Made by a program: the position numbers and the translations under genes
NCBI GenBank assembly: GCA_013373205.1
Contig: JABXIG010000003.1
Coordinates: 969,853 to 1,033,852 of the forward strand
Direction of reading: 5' to 3'
Length of the DNA: 64,000 bases
Source: Methylocystaceae bacterium
Lineage (GTDB): Bacteria > Pseudomonadota > Alphaproteobacteria > Rhodospirillales > Terasakiellaceae
Part shown: in pieces, positions 38,601 through 47,802 of the stretch
Layout: each line of letters starts with the position of its first letter
How positions within the stretch are numbered: the first letter of the stretch is position 1
Notes under the pieces: model-generated
The model's database searches: none
The model's input: the letters and a program-made list of their open reading frames with translations, nothing else
What the model was told of the DNA's origin: nothing

Positions 38601-39704
38601 ATGATGTCTAAGACGTTTCTGATTGCTTTTGTCAGTATGATTGCTGGTATTGTCCTGTGGGGTGGATTTAACACATTCATGGAAAAGACCAACACGCTAT
38701 CCTTTTGTATTTCTTGCCATGAAATGAAATCAACTGTTTATCAGGAATATAAGCAATCAAAACATTATCAAAATGCCTCAGGCGTTCGTGCCATTTGTTC
38801 AGATTGTCACGTGCCCAAAGACTGGACACACAAGCTAATCAGAAAAGTACAGGCAACCCGTGAATTATATCACTGGGCGGTCGGGTCGATTAATACACAA
38901 GAAAAATTTCAGACGGAACGATATACGTTGGCTAAACGCGAATGGAAACGTATGCGTGATAATGATAGCCGGGAATGTCGGAACTGTCATAGCTTTGAAG
39001 CGATGGCCTTTCATGAGCAAACCTTAAAGGCTTCTCGCGCCATGCAAGATGCCTATAAAAAAGGAAAAACCTGTATCGATTGTCACAAAGGCATTGCCCA
39101 TCAAATGCCGGATATCAACAAAGACAACCGCACTGTTTATCAAACTTTGTTGCAAAATGCCAAAACAAGTGTCCGCAGTATGCCGGATGATAAAACTGTT
39201 CTCTTCAGCAAAGCTATCTTTGTCAGCACAAATGCAGATAAACTCGGCCGTGTTGTTGCCGGGGCAACTGTTAAAACCATAAACGTTGAAACAGATTTTG
39301 TTCAAATACGGTTTAATGCCTGGCGCCGGCAGGCGCTTCCGGCAAAACTCTATACGGCACCAGAACGCAGACAAATGATTGCGCAGATAAGCGCGAGTGA
39401 CGATAAATCGATCCGGGTTTTAAAAACGGTTGAACCCGCTGATTCAAGTTACATATGGGAACAAGTCGAAGTCAGCGCTTGGACTGACAAAGGTGGTTTG
39501 TCCATTGAAGAAGATCGTATCGAAGAATATGCCGCAAAACTCTATGATGATAATTGCACATTGTGTCACACGAAATATAAAGCAAATGCCTATTCAGCAA
39601 ACGATTGGATTGGTCATTTTAATGCAATGAAAAGATTAACCCCGATGCAGGAACATGAGGCGGACATGCTTCTGTTCTACCTTCAGAACCATGCGAAGTC
39701 ATAG
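38601..39704 (+). CDS. NapC/NirT family pentaheme c-type cytochrome (TorC/DorC-like)
   Basis: N-terminal TM anchor, four CXXCH (CISCH, CSDCH, CRNCH, CIDCH) plus a fifth C-terminal CTLCH followed by the TorC-type tail ANDWIGHFNAM...LLFYLQNHAKS. Confidence 0.9.
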   Translation: MMSKTFLIAFVSMIAGIVLWGGFNTFMEKTNTLSFCISCHEMKSTVYQEYKQSKHYQNASGVRAICSDCHVPKDWTHKLIRKVQATRELYHWAVGSINTQEKFQTERYTLAKREWKRMRDNDSRECRNCHSFEAMAFHEQTLKASRAMQDAYKKGKTCIDCHKGIAHQMPDINKDNRTVYQTLLQNAKTSVRSMPDDKTVLFSKAIFVSTNADKLGRVVAGATVKTINVETDFVQIRFNAWRRQALPAKLYTAPERRQMIAQISASDDKSIRVLKTVEPADSSYIWEQVEVSAWTDKGGLSIEEDRIEEYAAKLYDDNCTLCHTKYKANAYSANDWIGHFNAMKRLTPMQEHEADMLLFYLQNHAKS

Positions 39705-39706
39705 AT

Positions 39707-40288
39707 TTATGTCTTTTTCTTCTTTTTCTGCTGAGAGGCCAGTGGCGTCGCCTGTGCCACTTTTCGTAAATTTGCCCCCCAGGACTTCACCTGAACGGGG
39801 CGGCCATCTTGTGAGCGCAAAATACGCGGTTTTAGCACCTTATCAACACCAGGTGCCTCTTTTGACTTGGTGAAGCTCTGAATCATCAGCTTATGGGAAA
39901 TTTCTACCCGATTTCCCTTTTGCTTGGCTTGTTGATAAGCAGGTGTTTTTTTACAAATGTCAGCCAACTTATCCGCCGAATATGAACCAAACCGCCGCCA
40001 GATCCCTTCCAGAAAGCTTTCTACGGGGCCAGGCATGGCTGTATTGAGGTAAAAAGAAGGTCTCCCCTGTTCAAAGGCACGAAAAACATGAGGTTCCAAC
40101 GGTCCCATGTCATCAGCGACAAAGACGCCTGGCGCTAGTTTACGGCCGTGGTAGGCAACACCAAAGTAACTTTGTGAAAGAAACAGTAAGCGATGCATCT
40201 TCATGGGTTGAAGATATTCGTTATCGTTTAAAGCGTGATCCATAAACCATGCGGCAACATCAAACATGGTTTCAACAGCTGCAGTCAT
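39707..40288 (-). CDS. Panacea/SocA-like (DUF4065, GepA-like) domain protein
   Basis: DVAAWF...LQPMKMHRLLFLSQSY...FVADDMGPLEPHVF resembles the DUF4065 pattern (KLQKLLYYAQ...F.A...GPV); basic C-terminal tail. Confidence 0.65.
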   Translation of the reverse strand: MTAAVETMFDVAAWFMDHALNDNEYLQPMKMHRLLFLSQSYFGVAYHGRKLAPGVFVADDMGPLEPHVFRAFEQGRPSFYLNTAMPGPVESFLEGIWRRFGSYSADKLADICKKTPAYQQAKQKGNRVEISHKLMIQSFTKSKEAPGVDKVLKPRILRSQDGRPVQVKSWGANLRKVAQATPLASQQKKKKKT

Positions 40289-40393
40289 TCGGCCCTCTAA
40301 ATCGCAAAGGAAAGCTTCTACTTTATATAGGATGACATAGAAATCCTTTCCAGCGGCTTAACAGTCGTGGATTTAAAAATTATGGAGATCGTC

Positions 40394-40837
40394 TTAAAGA
40401 GCGACGTTCAAAGACCCGCCTCTATATTTTGTTTCGCCATTGATGGCGCGGGTATTGAGGTCATAGGTCGAAGTTGCCCGGCTCATATAAGCCTGAAATG
40501 CCGGTTTATTGCCGCCAGCATAGGCCTGTTCATAGCCATTTCCCTCACCTGCAGAAGAACTATAGTCATCAACAGTGTCTTCAAAAAGCATTGCAAAAGT
40601 GCGTGATGTGCCATGAAGTTTGAGGGTTGGAGGTTGTTCATGTGAAGGATTGCGCTGACCCTGATTTTGGTCATATCCGTCAAAGCCGCGGTTATCTTCT
40701 TCACCCTTAACACCGGTTTGGGCATAAAGTTCAGAAACAGCACCATATTGAGAAGAAACCTGACGCGAGCTACTGCCCGGTCGACTGGAAGTCACCGGCG
40801 AGGTACTAGCAGCAATTGGCTTAGTTACGCTCGACAT
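40394..40837 (-). CDS. Hypothetical protein, Ser-rich and low complexity
   Basis: 147-aa ORF filling the gap, same strand as its neighbours; no recognisable family. Confidence 0.65.
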   Translation of the reverse strand: MSSVTKPIAASTSPVTSSRPGSSSRQVSSQYGAVSELYAQTGVKGEEDNRGFDGYDQNQGQRNPSHEQPPTLKLHGTSRTFAMLFEDTVDDYSSSAGEGNGYEQAYAGGNKPAFQAYMSRATSTYDLNTRAINGETKYRGGSLNVAL

Positions 40838-40999
40838 TGTTCAAGGTCTCTCTAAGGTTTACTAAAATTTCTGAAAGGCGTATTACCCATCAGATACATA
40901 CACGTACGTACTCTCTAATATATTTGAGGTAAAGCAACAGGTCAAGCTGTCCAAAGGAACTTTAGACATGGGCTAAAACTTCAACGTTAAGTATATGAT

Positions 41000-41512
41000 T
41001 TATTGAGGCTTTAAATCATCGGGTAATTCAGGAGGAAGATCTGGTGAAACTGGTACAGGCTGAGAGCTCTGACGTTTTTGTATCGAATCGGTTGCATTTT
41101 CATTATAGACACATTGGAATGTAATGCGATTAGGCGTCATTAACGGGCAATCCCATTTGTCATTGTTCATGTATTTTAATTGCAGCGAAGATACCATAGC
41201 CTGAATGCGTTTAGATCGTTGAACAGAGCCTTCGAAGGCTTGCCCATCGGCAGAATTCTGAAGACTTGCTCCTCTGGCCTTTGCCCGTTGAACCAGATTT
41301 TCCACTTCTGTAATACGTTGGCCGCATTCGTCTTGGGCAATGCCATAAACAGTTTCTTTGCTATGCTTAGTATGGTCGAAACAAACAGAAACAGTTATTG
41401 GTTCTGTGGGGATTTCTGTAATACGGTTTCTTTTCCAGTCTTCGACGTATGGATCAAAGGTACAGGCCTGTAGTGCAAGCCCTATAAAACCGATAGTGAT
41501 TATTTTTTTCAT
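41000..41512 (-). CDS. Hypothetical lipoprotein (start taken at MKKII)
   Basis: MKKIITIGFIGLALQA-C lipobox; four further cysteines; Pro-rich tail; starts 10 nt after the AsmA stop. Confidence 0.75.
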   Translation of the reverse strand: MKKIITIGFIGLALQACTFDPYVEDWKRNRITEIPTEPITVSVCFDHTKHSKETVYGIAQDECGQRITEVENLVQRAKARGASLQNSADGQAFEGSVQRSKRIQAMVSSLQLKYMNNDKWDCPLMTPNRITFQCVYNENATDSIQKRQSSQPVPVSPDLPPELPDDLKPQ

Positions 41513-41522
41513 CAAAAACTCG

Positions 41523-43397
41523 TTAATCCAATAAATCCGTTTCTTCCACAACAAGATCACCATCTATCGCAGGTTCTGCAAGTTTTTCATTGTTGGGGAT
41601 CAAGCCTGAATGTAACCCCTTTTCCTGAATAATTGGTTTATCATTGTTGGCTGAGGTACGCATCATCAATTGATTAATAGGTCCAACGATATGGACATAT
41701 CCTTTGTGCGCAGCTTTTCCATCCGTTGGTGGGATTGTGCTGGTCAACTGGACTGTCAACGTCCGATCCAGCATATTCAGGTTTGCAAGCCCTTCCACAT
41801 CGACAAAAGGGGCAACAAATTTGATATCATCAGAGGTAACTTCGCCACGTTCACCTTTGAAATGCCCCTTGATTTCGGCGAATTCAAACATACCTAAGTT
41901 TTGCCCGTTTAAGGATTGAATAACATCGGGTTGTTTAAAATGACCGTCCAAAATTGAAAATTCCCCATGCACTTTCGAGGTCTTTAAAAATTGCATTAAA
42001 TTGTGACCTTGGGACTGAATTTCAAAGAAAAAATTCAATGCCCCGTTGGTTTGTAAATCCATTCCGGTGGCTTTTTGCAATTCTTTGATGGAAACGGCAC
42101 GCACATCCATGCGTAAGTCCATCACACCGTTATCCATTCCCTTATTCCAGCGAAAACGAACATTACTGATACCACCTAAAATATTGAGCCGATCACTCGT
42201 AACCGTAAGGCGCCCGTCATTTACATTAAGGTTCACATTAGGTGATATTGTCTCACCATTTGCGAGTTGAAGGCCCAGATATTTCACATTTACATCAGCA
42301 TCGAACGTATCAAATAAAAAATTCTCAAAATTGATCTTTTTAATTTTTTCAAAGCTTGGTGCATTGGCCTGCACTGTTTGCGCAGGAACAATTAGGTCCC
42401 CTGTGATTAAAGGCAGAGCATATTTAAAATCCACGGCCACGTTTGCGCTAAACTGTGACGGATTATGGGTATAGAGCAGGTCTTCAAGCTGTAGGCGTTG
42501 ATCACGTAACTTTACATGGGATTTAATCAGGACATTTTCGCTTTTTTCTTCACAGAATTCGCGTTTGTTAAACCAGGTGCAATAATCATAAACCGAGGGT
42601 ATATCCAAACGGACATCGCCTTGGGCAACAAAGGATTGACGCCGCGCGGCATTGCCCTGAAAGTCAACTTTTAAAGGTGCCGAGTCCAGTTGGAATGCAA
42701 GATCACTTCTAAATCCACGCAAAAAATCATCTGGACGCTGTAAGCGCATGTTTAAATCAACACTTCGGTTATTGATGTACAGATTACTTTCTAACGTGAA
42801 ATCTTTGCCGCCACTGGGCTTTTCTAGATTGACCTCAAGCTTTTGAATTGTAATGACTTTATCTTCGCCCTTGTTCCACTGAAGCGTACCCTCATTGAGC
42901 TTGGCTTTTTCAAAGACAGAATCTTCCATGAAATGAAGCAAGACTTCGAGATATCGAATGTCTTCTTTTCGTGCAGCGCTCAGGTTCGTACGGATCACAT
43001 CTGGGAGATGAGGTGTAAAATCACCATTAATGGTCATGCGGGGATTATATAGCAGGAAATCATCAACATGAATGTCGCCAGTCAGAAAATCCAGACCGTC
43101 CAGCTCAAGACTAATTTTTTCAATCGATCCTAAAGTTTCTACTTCTCCAATCATGGTGCCGTAGAAATCGACATTTTCCGCCTCAAGAATGACTGTTGGG
43201 AATAAACTGAATGAGAACTCCCCTTTGAACTGAAAGTCCAGCCCAGTTGATTTATCAAGCTGTTGTTCAAGCAGGTTTTGATAAACACTGGAAGGCAAGA
43301 GGAACGGGGTCGCAATAAGTCCGAGCAGTATTACCAAAAAAATCATGGTAATCTTCGACCTTATCCACGTTACACTTAAGCCTTCGAACTGAAGCAT
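41523..43397 (-). CDS. AsmA family protein
   Basis: N-terminal TM anchor followed by LPSSVYQNLLEQQLDKSTG...FSLFPTV, long beta-rich body, C-terminal VHIVGPINQL. Confidence 0.8.
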   Translation of the reverse strand: MLQFEGLSVTWIRSKITMIFLVILLGLIATPFLLPSSVYQNLLEQQLDKSTGLDFQFKGEFSFSLFPTVILEAENVDFYGTMIGEVETLGSIEKISLELDGLDFLTGDIHVDDFLLYNPRMTINGDFTPHLPDVIRTNLSAARKEDIRYLEVLLHFMEDSVFEKAKLNEGTLQWNKGEDKVITIQKLEVNLEKPSGGKDFTLESNLYINNRSVDLNMRLQRPDDFLRGFRSDLAFQLDSAPLKVDFQGNAARRQSFVAQGDVRLDIPSVYDYCTWFNKREFCEEKSENVLIKSHVKLRDQRLQLEDLLYTHNPSQFSANVAVDFKYALPLITGDLIVPAQTVQANAPSFEKIKKINFENFLFDTFDADVNVKYLGLQLANGETISPNVNLNVNDGRLTVTSDRLNILGGISNVRFRWNKGMDNGVMDLRMDVRAVSIKELQKATGMDLQTNGALNFFFEIQSQGHNLMQFLKTSKVHGEFSILDGHFKQPDVIQSLNGQNLGMFEFAEIKGHFKGERGEVTSDDIKFVAPFVDVEGLANLNMLDRTLTVQLTSTIPPTDGKAAHKGYVHIVGPINQLMMRTSANNDKPIIQEKGLHSGLIPNNEKLAEPAIDGDLVVEETDLLD

Positions 43398-43484
43398 CTA
43401 ATCCCTAATCCATTGAATTTGCAACATTTGCAGTGATTTTGACAATAACTGTACAGACAGTTGTTTCCTAGAACAAGATTTGTC

Positions 43485-43907
43485 TTATACCGCCTTGGTT
43501 GGCAAGCCCTGCTTCTTCCATAATTTCAGACCACCTTTAACAACGCTGACATTGGTGAAGCCCAGGTTTTTCATGGTTTTTGCTGCCATTGCCGCACGTT
43601 GGGCCGTTAGACACATGATATAAACTTTGTTATTCATGTATGGTTTTTTAGCTTCAATATCTTCGCCCAATTGGTGGGGCTGCACATTAATGCTATCGGC
43701 TGCATGTTCGGCGGCATATTCTTCAGGTGTGCGCACATCAATCAGCACGGCATTTTCATCATCTTCCATACGGGCAACGACCGCGTCGGGACTGACAAAC
43801 GGAACACCTGCGATTAAACGCGGCAACAAACGAAAAGCTGCAAATGCAATAACAACGACAAGAACAGAACTGACGAGTGGTGATTCCATTTCAAAACCTT
43901 TATTCAA
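43485..43907 (-). CDS. Rhodanese-like domain protein with N-terminal membrane anchor
   Basis: LIDVRTPEEY, active-site loop MCLTAQRA, GGLKLW. Confidence 0.88.
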   Translation of the reverse strand: MNKGFEMESPLVSSVLVVVIAFAAFRLLPRLIAGVPFVSPDAVVARMEDDENAVLIDVRTPEEYAAEHAADSINVQPHQLGEDIEAKKPYMNNKVYIMCLTAQRAAMAAKTMKNLGFTNVSVVKGGLKLWKKQGLPTKAV

Positions 43908-44010
43908 ATAATCTCTTTGTTTAAGCCTATATAAGATAATAAAGCAAGGGGCTTGCTAAATCGTAAAACAATCTATATGTCACAGCTCAAACCATATGGG
44001 ATTTGGGAAT

Positions 44011-45363
44011 ATGACACAGACATTACATATTATCGGTGGCGGTCTTGCGGGTTGCGAGGCAGCATGGCAAGCAGCACAACGCGGCATTCAGGTTGTAATC
44101 CACGAAATGCGTCCCCACCGACCGACTGAGGCACACCAGACTGACACCTTGGCTGAGCTTGTCTGTTCCAATTCCCTTCGTTCAGACGATGCGCAATATA
44201 ATGCGGTTGGTCTGATGCATGAAGAAATGCGTAGATGTGGTTCTTTAATCATGCGTGCGGCTGATGATAATGCCGTGCCTGCGGGTGGGGCTTTGGCAGT
44301 GGATCGTGATGGATTTGCCTTGACTGTACAACACGCACTAGAAAACCATGAAAATGTGACCATTGTGCGCGAAGAAATAACCGAAATTCCAGGGGAAGAC
44401 TGGGATCAGGTTATTATTGCAACAGGACCATTGACTTCAGAACCCCTCGCCCAATCCATCAAAGCGCTAACCGACGAAGACTCGTTACATTTTTTTGATG
44501 CCATCGCACCAATCATCCACAAAGACAGTATCGATTTTTCAAAAGCGTGGTTTCAGTCACGTTATGACAAAGGCGACGGCAGTGATTACATCAATTTAGG
44601 CATGACACGCGAACAATATGATCGCTTTATTGATGACTTGATTGAAGGCGATAAAATGGAATTTAAAGAGTGGGAAAAAAACACACCATACTTTGAAGCC
44701 TGCCTTCCCATTGAAGTCATGGCCGAACGGGGCCGCGAAACACTGGCCTTTGGACCGATGAAACCTGTTGGGCTGACTAATCCCAATGATCCAGACACAA
44801 AATTGGCCGCGGTTGTTCAGCTGCGACAAGATAATAAGCTCGGTTCGCTCTATAATATGGTTGGTTTTCAAACCAAGCTGAAACATGGCGAGCAGGTGCG
44901 TATTTTCAAGACAATACCGGGATTGGAAAATGCAAGTTTCGCCCGATTAGGCGGCATTCATCGCAATACCTTCATTAATTCCCCTCGCCTCTTAGACGGG
45001 TCTTTAAAACTGAAAGGGCGCAACAACATTCGCTTTGCCGGACAAGTCACCGGCTGTGAAGGATACGTAGAAAGCACAGCCGTTGGTCTGATGGCTGGTC
45101 GTTTTGCTGCAGCAGAATTAAAAGGTGAAGAAATTTCTTGTCCGCCGGAAGTCACGGCCCTTGGCGGTATCCTTAATCATATTACAGGCGGGGCCGATGC
45201 CCTTACCTTCCAACCTATGAACATTAACTTCGGTTTGCTACCGCCCATGGATGTGCGTAATGAACGGGGGAAACGGGTCAAAGGTAAAGAGAAAAAGGCC
45301 GCCGTTTCTGCGCGTGCGCTTGAAGCTTTAGATAGCTGGATCAAAGAAAGTGGAACGATTTAG
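44011..45363 (+). CDS. trmFO: Folate/FAD-dependent tRNA (uracil-54-C5)-methyltransferase
   Basis: [58 protein letters not shown]. Confidence 0.96.
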   Translation: MTQTLHIIGGGLAGCEAAWQAAQRGIQVVIHEMRPHRPTEAHQTDTLAELVCSNSLRSDDAQYNAVGLMHEEMRRCGSLIMRAADDNAVPAGGALAVDRDGFALTVQHALENHENVTIVREEITEIPGEDWDQVIIATGPLTSEPLAQSIKALTDEDSLHFFDAIAPIIHKDSIDFSKAWFQSRYDKGDGSDYINLGMTREQYDRFIDDLIEGDKMEFKEWEKNTPYFEACLPIEVMAERGRETLAFGPMKPVGLTNPNDPDTKLAAVVQLRQDNKLGSLYNMVGFQTKLKHGEQVRIFKTIPGLENASFARLGGIHRNTFINSPRLLDGSLKLKGRNNIRFAGQVTGCEGYVESTAVGLMAGRFAAAELKGEEISCPPEVTALGGILNHITGGADALTFQPMNINFGLLPPMDVRNERGKRVKGKEKKAAVSARALEALDSWIKESGTI

Positions 45364-46187
45364 TATCGACCACGCCAAGCCTTAATCATAAGCTTAACCT
45401 GACGCGACAACCGACCCCCACCGATATCTGGATTAAACGGGTCGTAAGCGACTTTCTTAAGACGTTTAAGGTAATCTTCTATTGCAATACTGGCCAAAAG
45501 AACAGCGTTTGTTTCCGCACGTTCCTGTCTTGCTTCTTCAATAAGACGGTGAGTTTCTGAGGCGAGCTCACGAACGCAAGAATTAAGGGCTTCATTTGGT
45601 TTGAAATCCTGAAACTCTTTCAGGCTCAGGCCATGTTTTTTCATCAAAGCCGTGGGAATTTTACAGCGTCCGGTTCTGGCTTGATAAGGTAAGGTTTTAA
45701 GTAGCTCACATAGCCCTTGCGCAGCCCCAATTTTAACCGCTGACGTTCCGCCTGCCCCATTTAAGTGATACGCTTTCAATTCAGCAATCGTACCACTTGT
45801 GGCTTCCAGATAGCGTAACAGGGCAGCAAGGTCGTCATGAGCCATGTCTTCCAGATCAAATTGGCGGGCATTGAGGTAACGCTCAAACAAAGCTTTATCG
45901 AGATGTTTTATACGGATGGTCTCGCAAAATTCGCGGTGCGTACCGTTTTCTGAATGGTCTTTTCTGCCTTTGTAAACAGCCTCAATCAAATCGCGCCACC
46001 ATTGCAAGCGGATGAGCCCCAGATGCGGTTCATTCACCATATCTCGGATACGTGCCGTTTCTTGAGCGAAAAGTTGGAGCGCGTAAAAACCATCGCGTTT
46101 ATCATCCGGGGTGTATAGCCCCAGCAGATACTGGTCATGATCTGATTTTTTAAGTTCTTGTGCACATAGGCTAAGACGGGAAGTCAT
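45360..46187 (-). CDS. Squalene/phytoene synthase family protein, NDUFAF6-like (catalytic Asp motif degenerate)
   Basis: [27 protein letters not shown]; lacks the first DDxxD motif. Confidence 0.82.
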   Translation of the reverse strand: MTSRLSLCAQELKKSDHDQYLLGLYTPDDKRDGFYALQLFAQETARIRDMVNEPHLGLIRLQWWRDLIEAVYKGRKDHSENGTHREFCETIRIKHLDKALFERYLNARQFDLEDMAHDDLAALLRYLEATSGTIAELKAYHLNGAGGTSAVKIGAAQGLCELLKTLPYQARTGRCKIPTALMKKHGLSLKEFQDFKPNEALNSCVRELASETHRLIEEARQERAETNAVLLASIAIEDYLKRLKKVAYDPFNPDIGGGRLSRQVKLMIKAWRGRY

Positions 46188-46249
46188 GATAAAGGCTTTT
46201 GTTAATGATAGACGTGTGTCATATAGGTCCTAAATAGGGAGGAAGCCAA

Positions 46250-46972
46250 GTGACAAAAACGCATAATACGGAAAATTTTCCCGTCGCCAGCTTATTGTTG
46301 GCGAAAAAAGTGCGCGCGCAAGTCCTTGCCTTCTACCATTTTGCGCGCAAGGCAGATGATATTGCTGATGATCCTGACTTAAGCGCACAAGAAAAACTTA
46401 ACAAGCTTGACATTCAAACACAAAGCCCCTTTCAAGCAGACCTTTTACAAGCTTTTCGACAGGATTGCACCAAAAGCAGATATCAAACCTATCAGGAACT
46501 TCTGGATTATTGCACACATTCCGCCAATCCGGTGGGGCGTTTTCTTCTGGATGTCCACAACGAAGAAACTGGTTTTGAAGCCAGTGATGCCTTATGTACA
46601 GCTTTGCAGATCTTAAACCATCTTCAGGATTGTCAAAAAGATTTCCTCCAACTGAACCGGATCTATCTACCTGCTGATTTTTTAAAAGGCCCAGAAAATT
46701 ATGAAGAACTTTTAAAAAAGGATAAATGCACCCCCGCCTTTAGAGGGGTGCTGGATCAACTGTTGGATGAAACAGAAAAATTAATAAGAACAGCGGCCGC
46801 ATTGCCACAAATGATCAAAAATAAACGATTACGTTATCAGGCGAAATTAACATATTTATGCGCTGTGGCTTTAGCGTCTAAGCTTAGAAAAAATGATCCG
46901 CTTGCCATGCGTGTGGAACTGACTAAACTCGACAAACTGTTGATTGCCTACAGAGGTTTATATCCCCTATGA
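46250..46972 (+). CDS. hpnC: Hydroxysqualene synthase HpnC (compact)
   Basis: ENFPVAS, FYHFARKADDIAD, AFRQD, SANPVGR, LQILNHLQD. Confidence 0.88.
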   Translation: MTKTHNTENFPVASLLLAKKVRAQVLAFYHFARKADDIADDPDLSAQEKLNKLDIQTQSPFQADLLQAFRQDCTKSRYQTYQELLDYCTHSANPVGRFLLDVHNEETGFEASDALCTALQILNHLQDCQKDFLQLNRIYLPADFLKGPENYEELLKKDKCTPAFRGVLDQLLDETEKLIRTAAALPQMIKNKRLRYQAKLTYLCAVALASKLRKNDPLAMRVELTKLDKLLIAYRGLYPL

Positions 46973-47802
46973 CATCGCCTACGCATCAGGATTTTAATTT
47001 TGTAGAACAGGTTGTCCTAAAATCCAAAAGTTCTTTTGCGATGGGGATGAAGGCCTTGCCATCTGATCGACGTGGATATCTTTTTGCGATTTATGCTTAT
47101 TGTCGGGTCTTAGATGATATTGCAGACGAAGAAGGAACGACAGAAGGCAAACTAAAAGCCCTCGCACAGTGGCGACATAAGGTCGATCAGATGCTTGCAG
47201 GAAAACCGAATTGCCCCATTACTCGTGTACTTTATGAGGCGGTCCAAAAGTTCAATCTTCCCCGTGGCGAATTTTATAAACTAATTGAGGGCATGACAGC
47301 GGATGCAAAAGGTCCTATTCAGCGCCCCAGTTGGGATGAACTATATAATTATTGCCGCTGTGTCGCGGTTAGTGTTGGTTTGTTATCACTGCCCATTTTT
47401 GGGCGCACGGACCAGGCTGCACAGAATTTTGCAATAGAACTGGGATATGCCCTCCAACTGACCAACATTCTGCGCGATGTTGTAGAAGACTGGCAAATTA
47501 ACCGATTATATCTACCGACTGAAAGCCTTGAAAAACATAATGCCGGTTCAATTTCATCCCCACAGATCGCGCAGGTGCTAAAAGATGTAGCTGATCGTGC
47601 AGAAAGCCATTATTGCGCTGCTGAACGTATTCTGCACGATAAGGGAGCAAAGAATTTAAAGCCCGCTTTAATGATGATGGTTGTCTATAAAAAACTGTTT
47701 GAAAAAATGAAAGCACGTGGTTGGCATCAATTAGAACCACGCATGCGCTTATCGACCTTTGAAAAGACACTGTGTTTATCCAAGTTACTGGTTTTTAGAT
47801 GA
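46969..47802 (+). CDS. hpnD: Presqualene diphosphate synthase HpnD
   Basis: SSFAMGM, YAYCRVLDDIAD, YCRCVAVSVG, LQLTNILRD, RLYLP. Confidence 0.88.
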   Translation: MTSPTHQDFNFVEQVVLKSKSSFAMGMKALPSDRRGYLFAIYAYCRVLDDIADEEGTTEGKLKALAQWRHKVDQMLAGKPNCPITRVLYEAVQKFNLPRGEFYKLIEGMTADAKGPIQRPSWDELYNYCRCVAVSVGLLSLPIFGRTDQAAQNFAIELGYALQLTNILRDVVEDWQINRLYLPTESLEKHNAGSISSPQIAQVLKDVADRAESHYCAAERILHDKGAKNLKPALMMMVVYKKLFEKMKARGWHQLEPRMRLSTFEKTLCLSKLLVFR

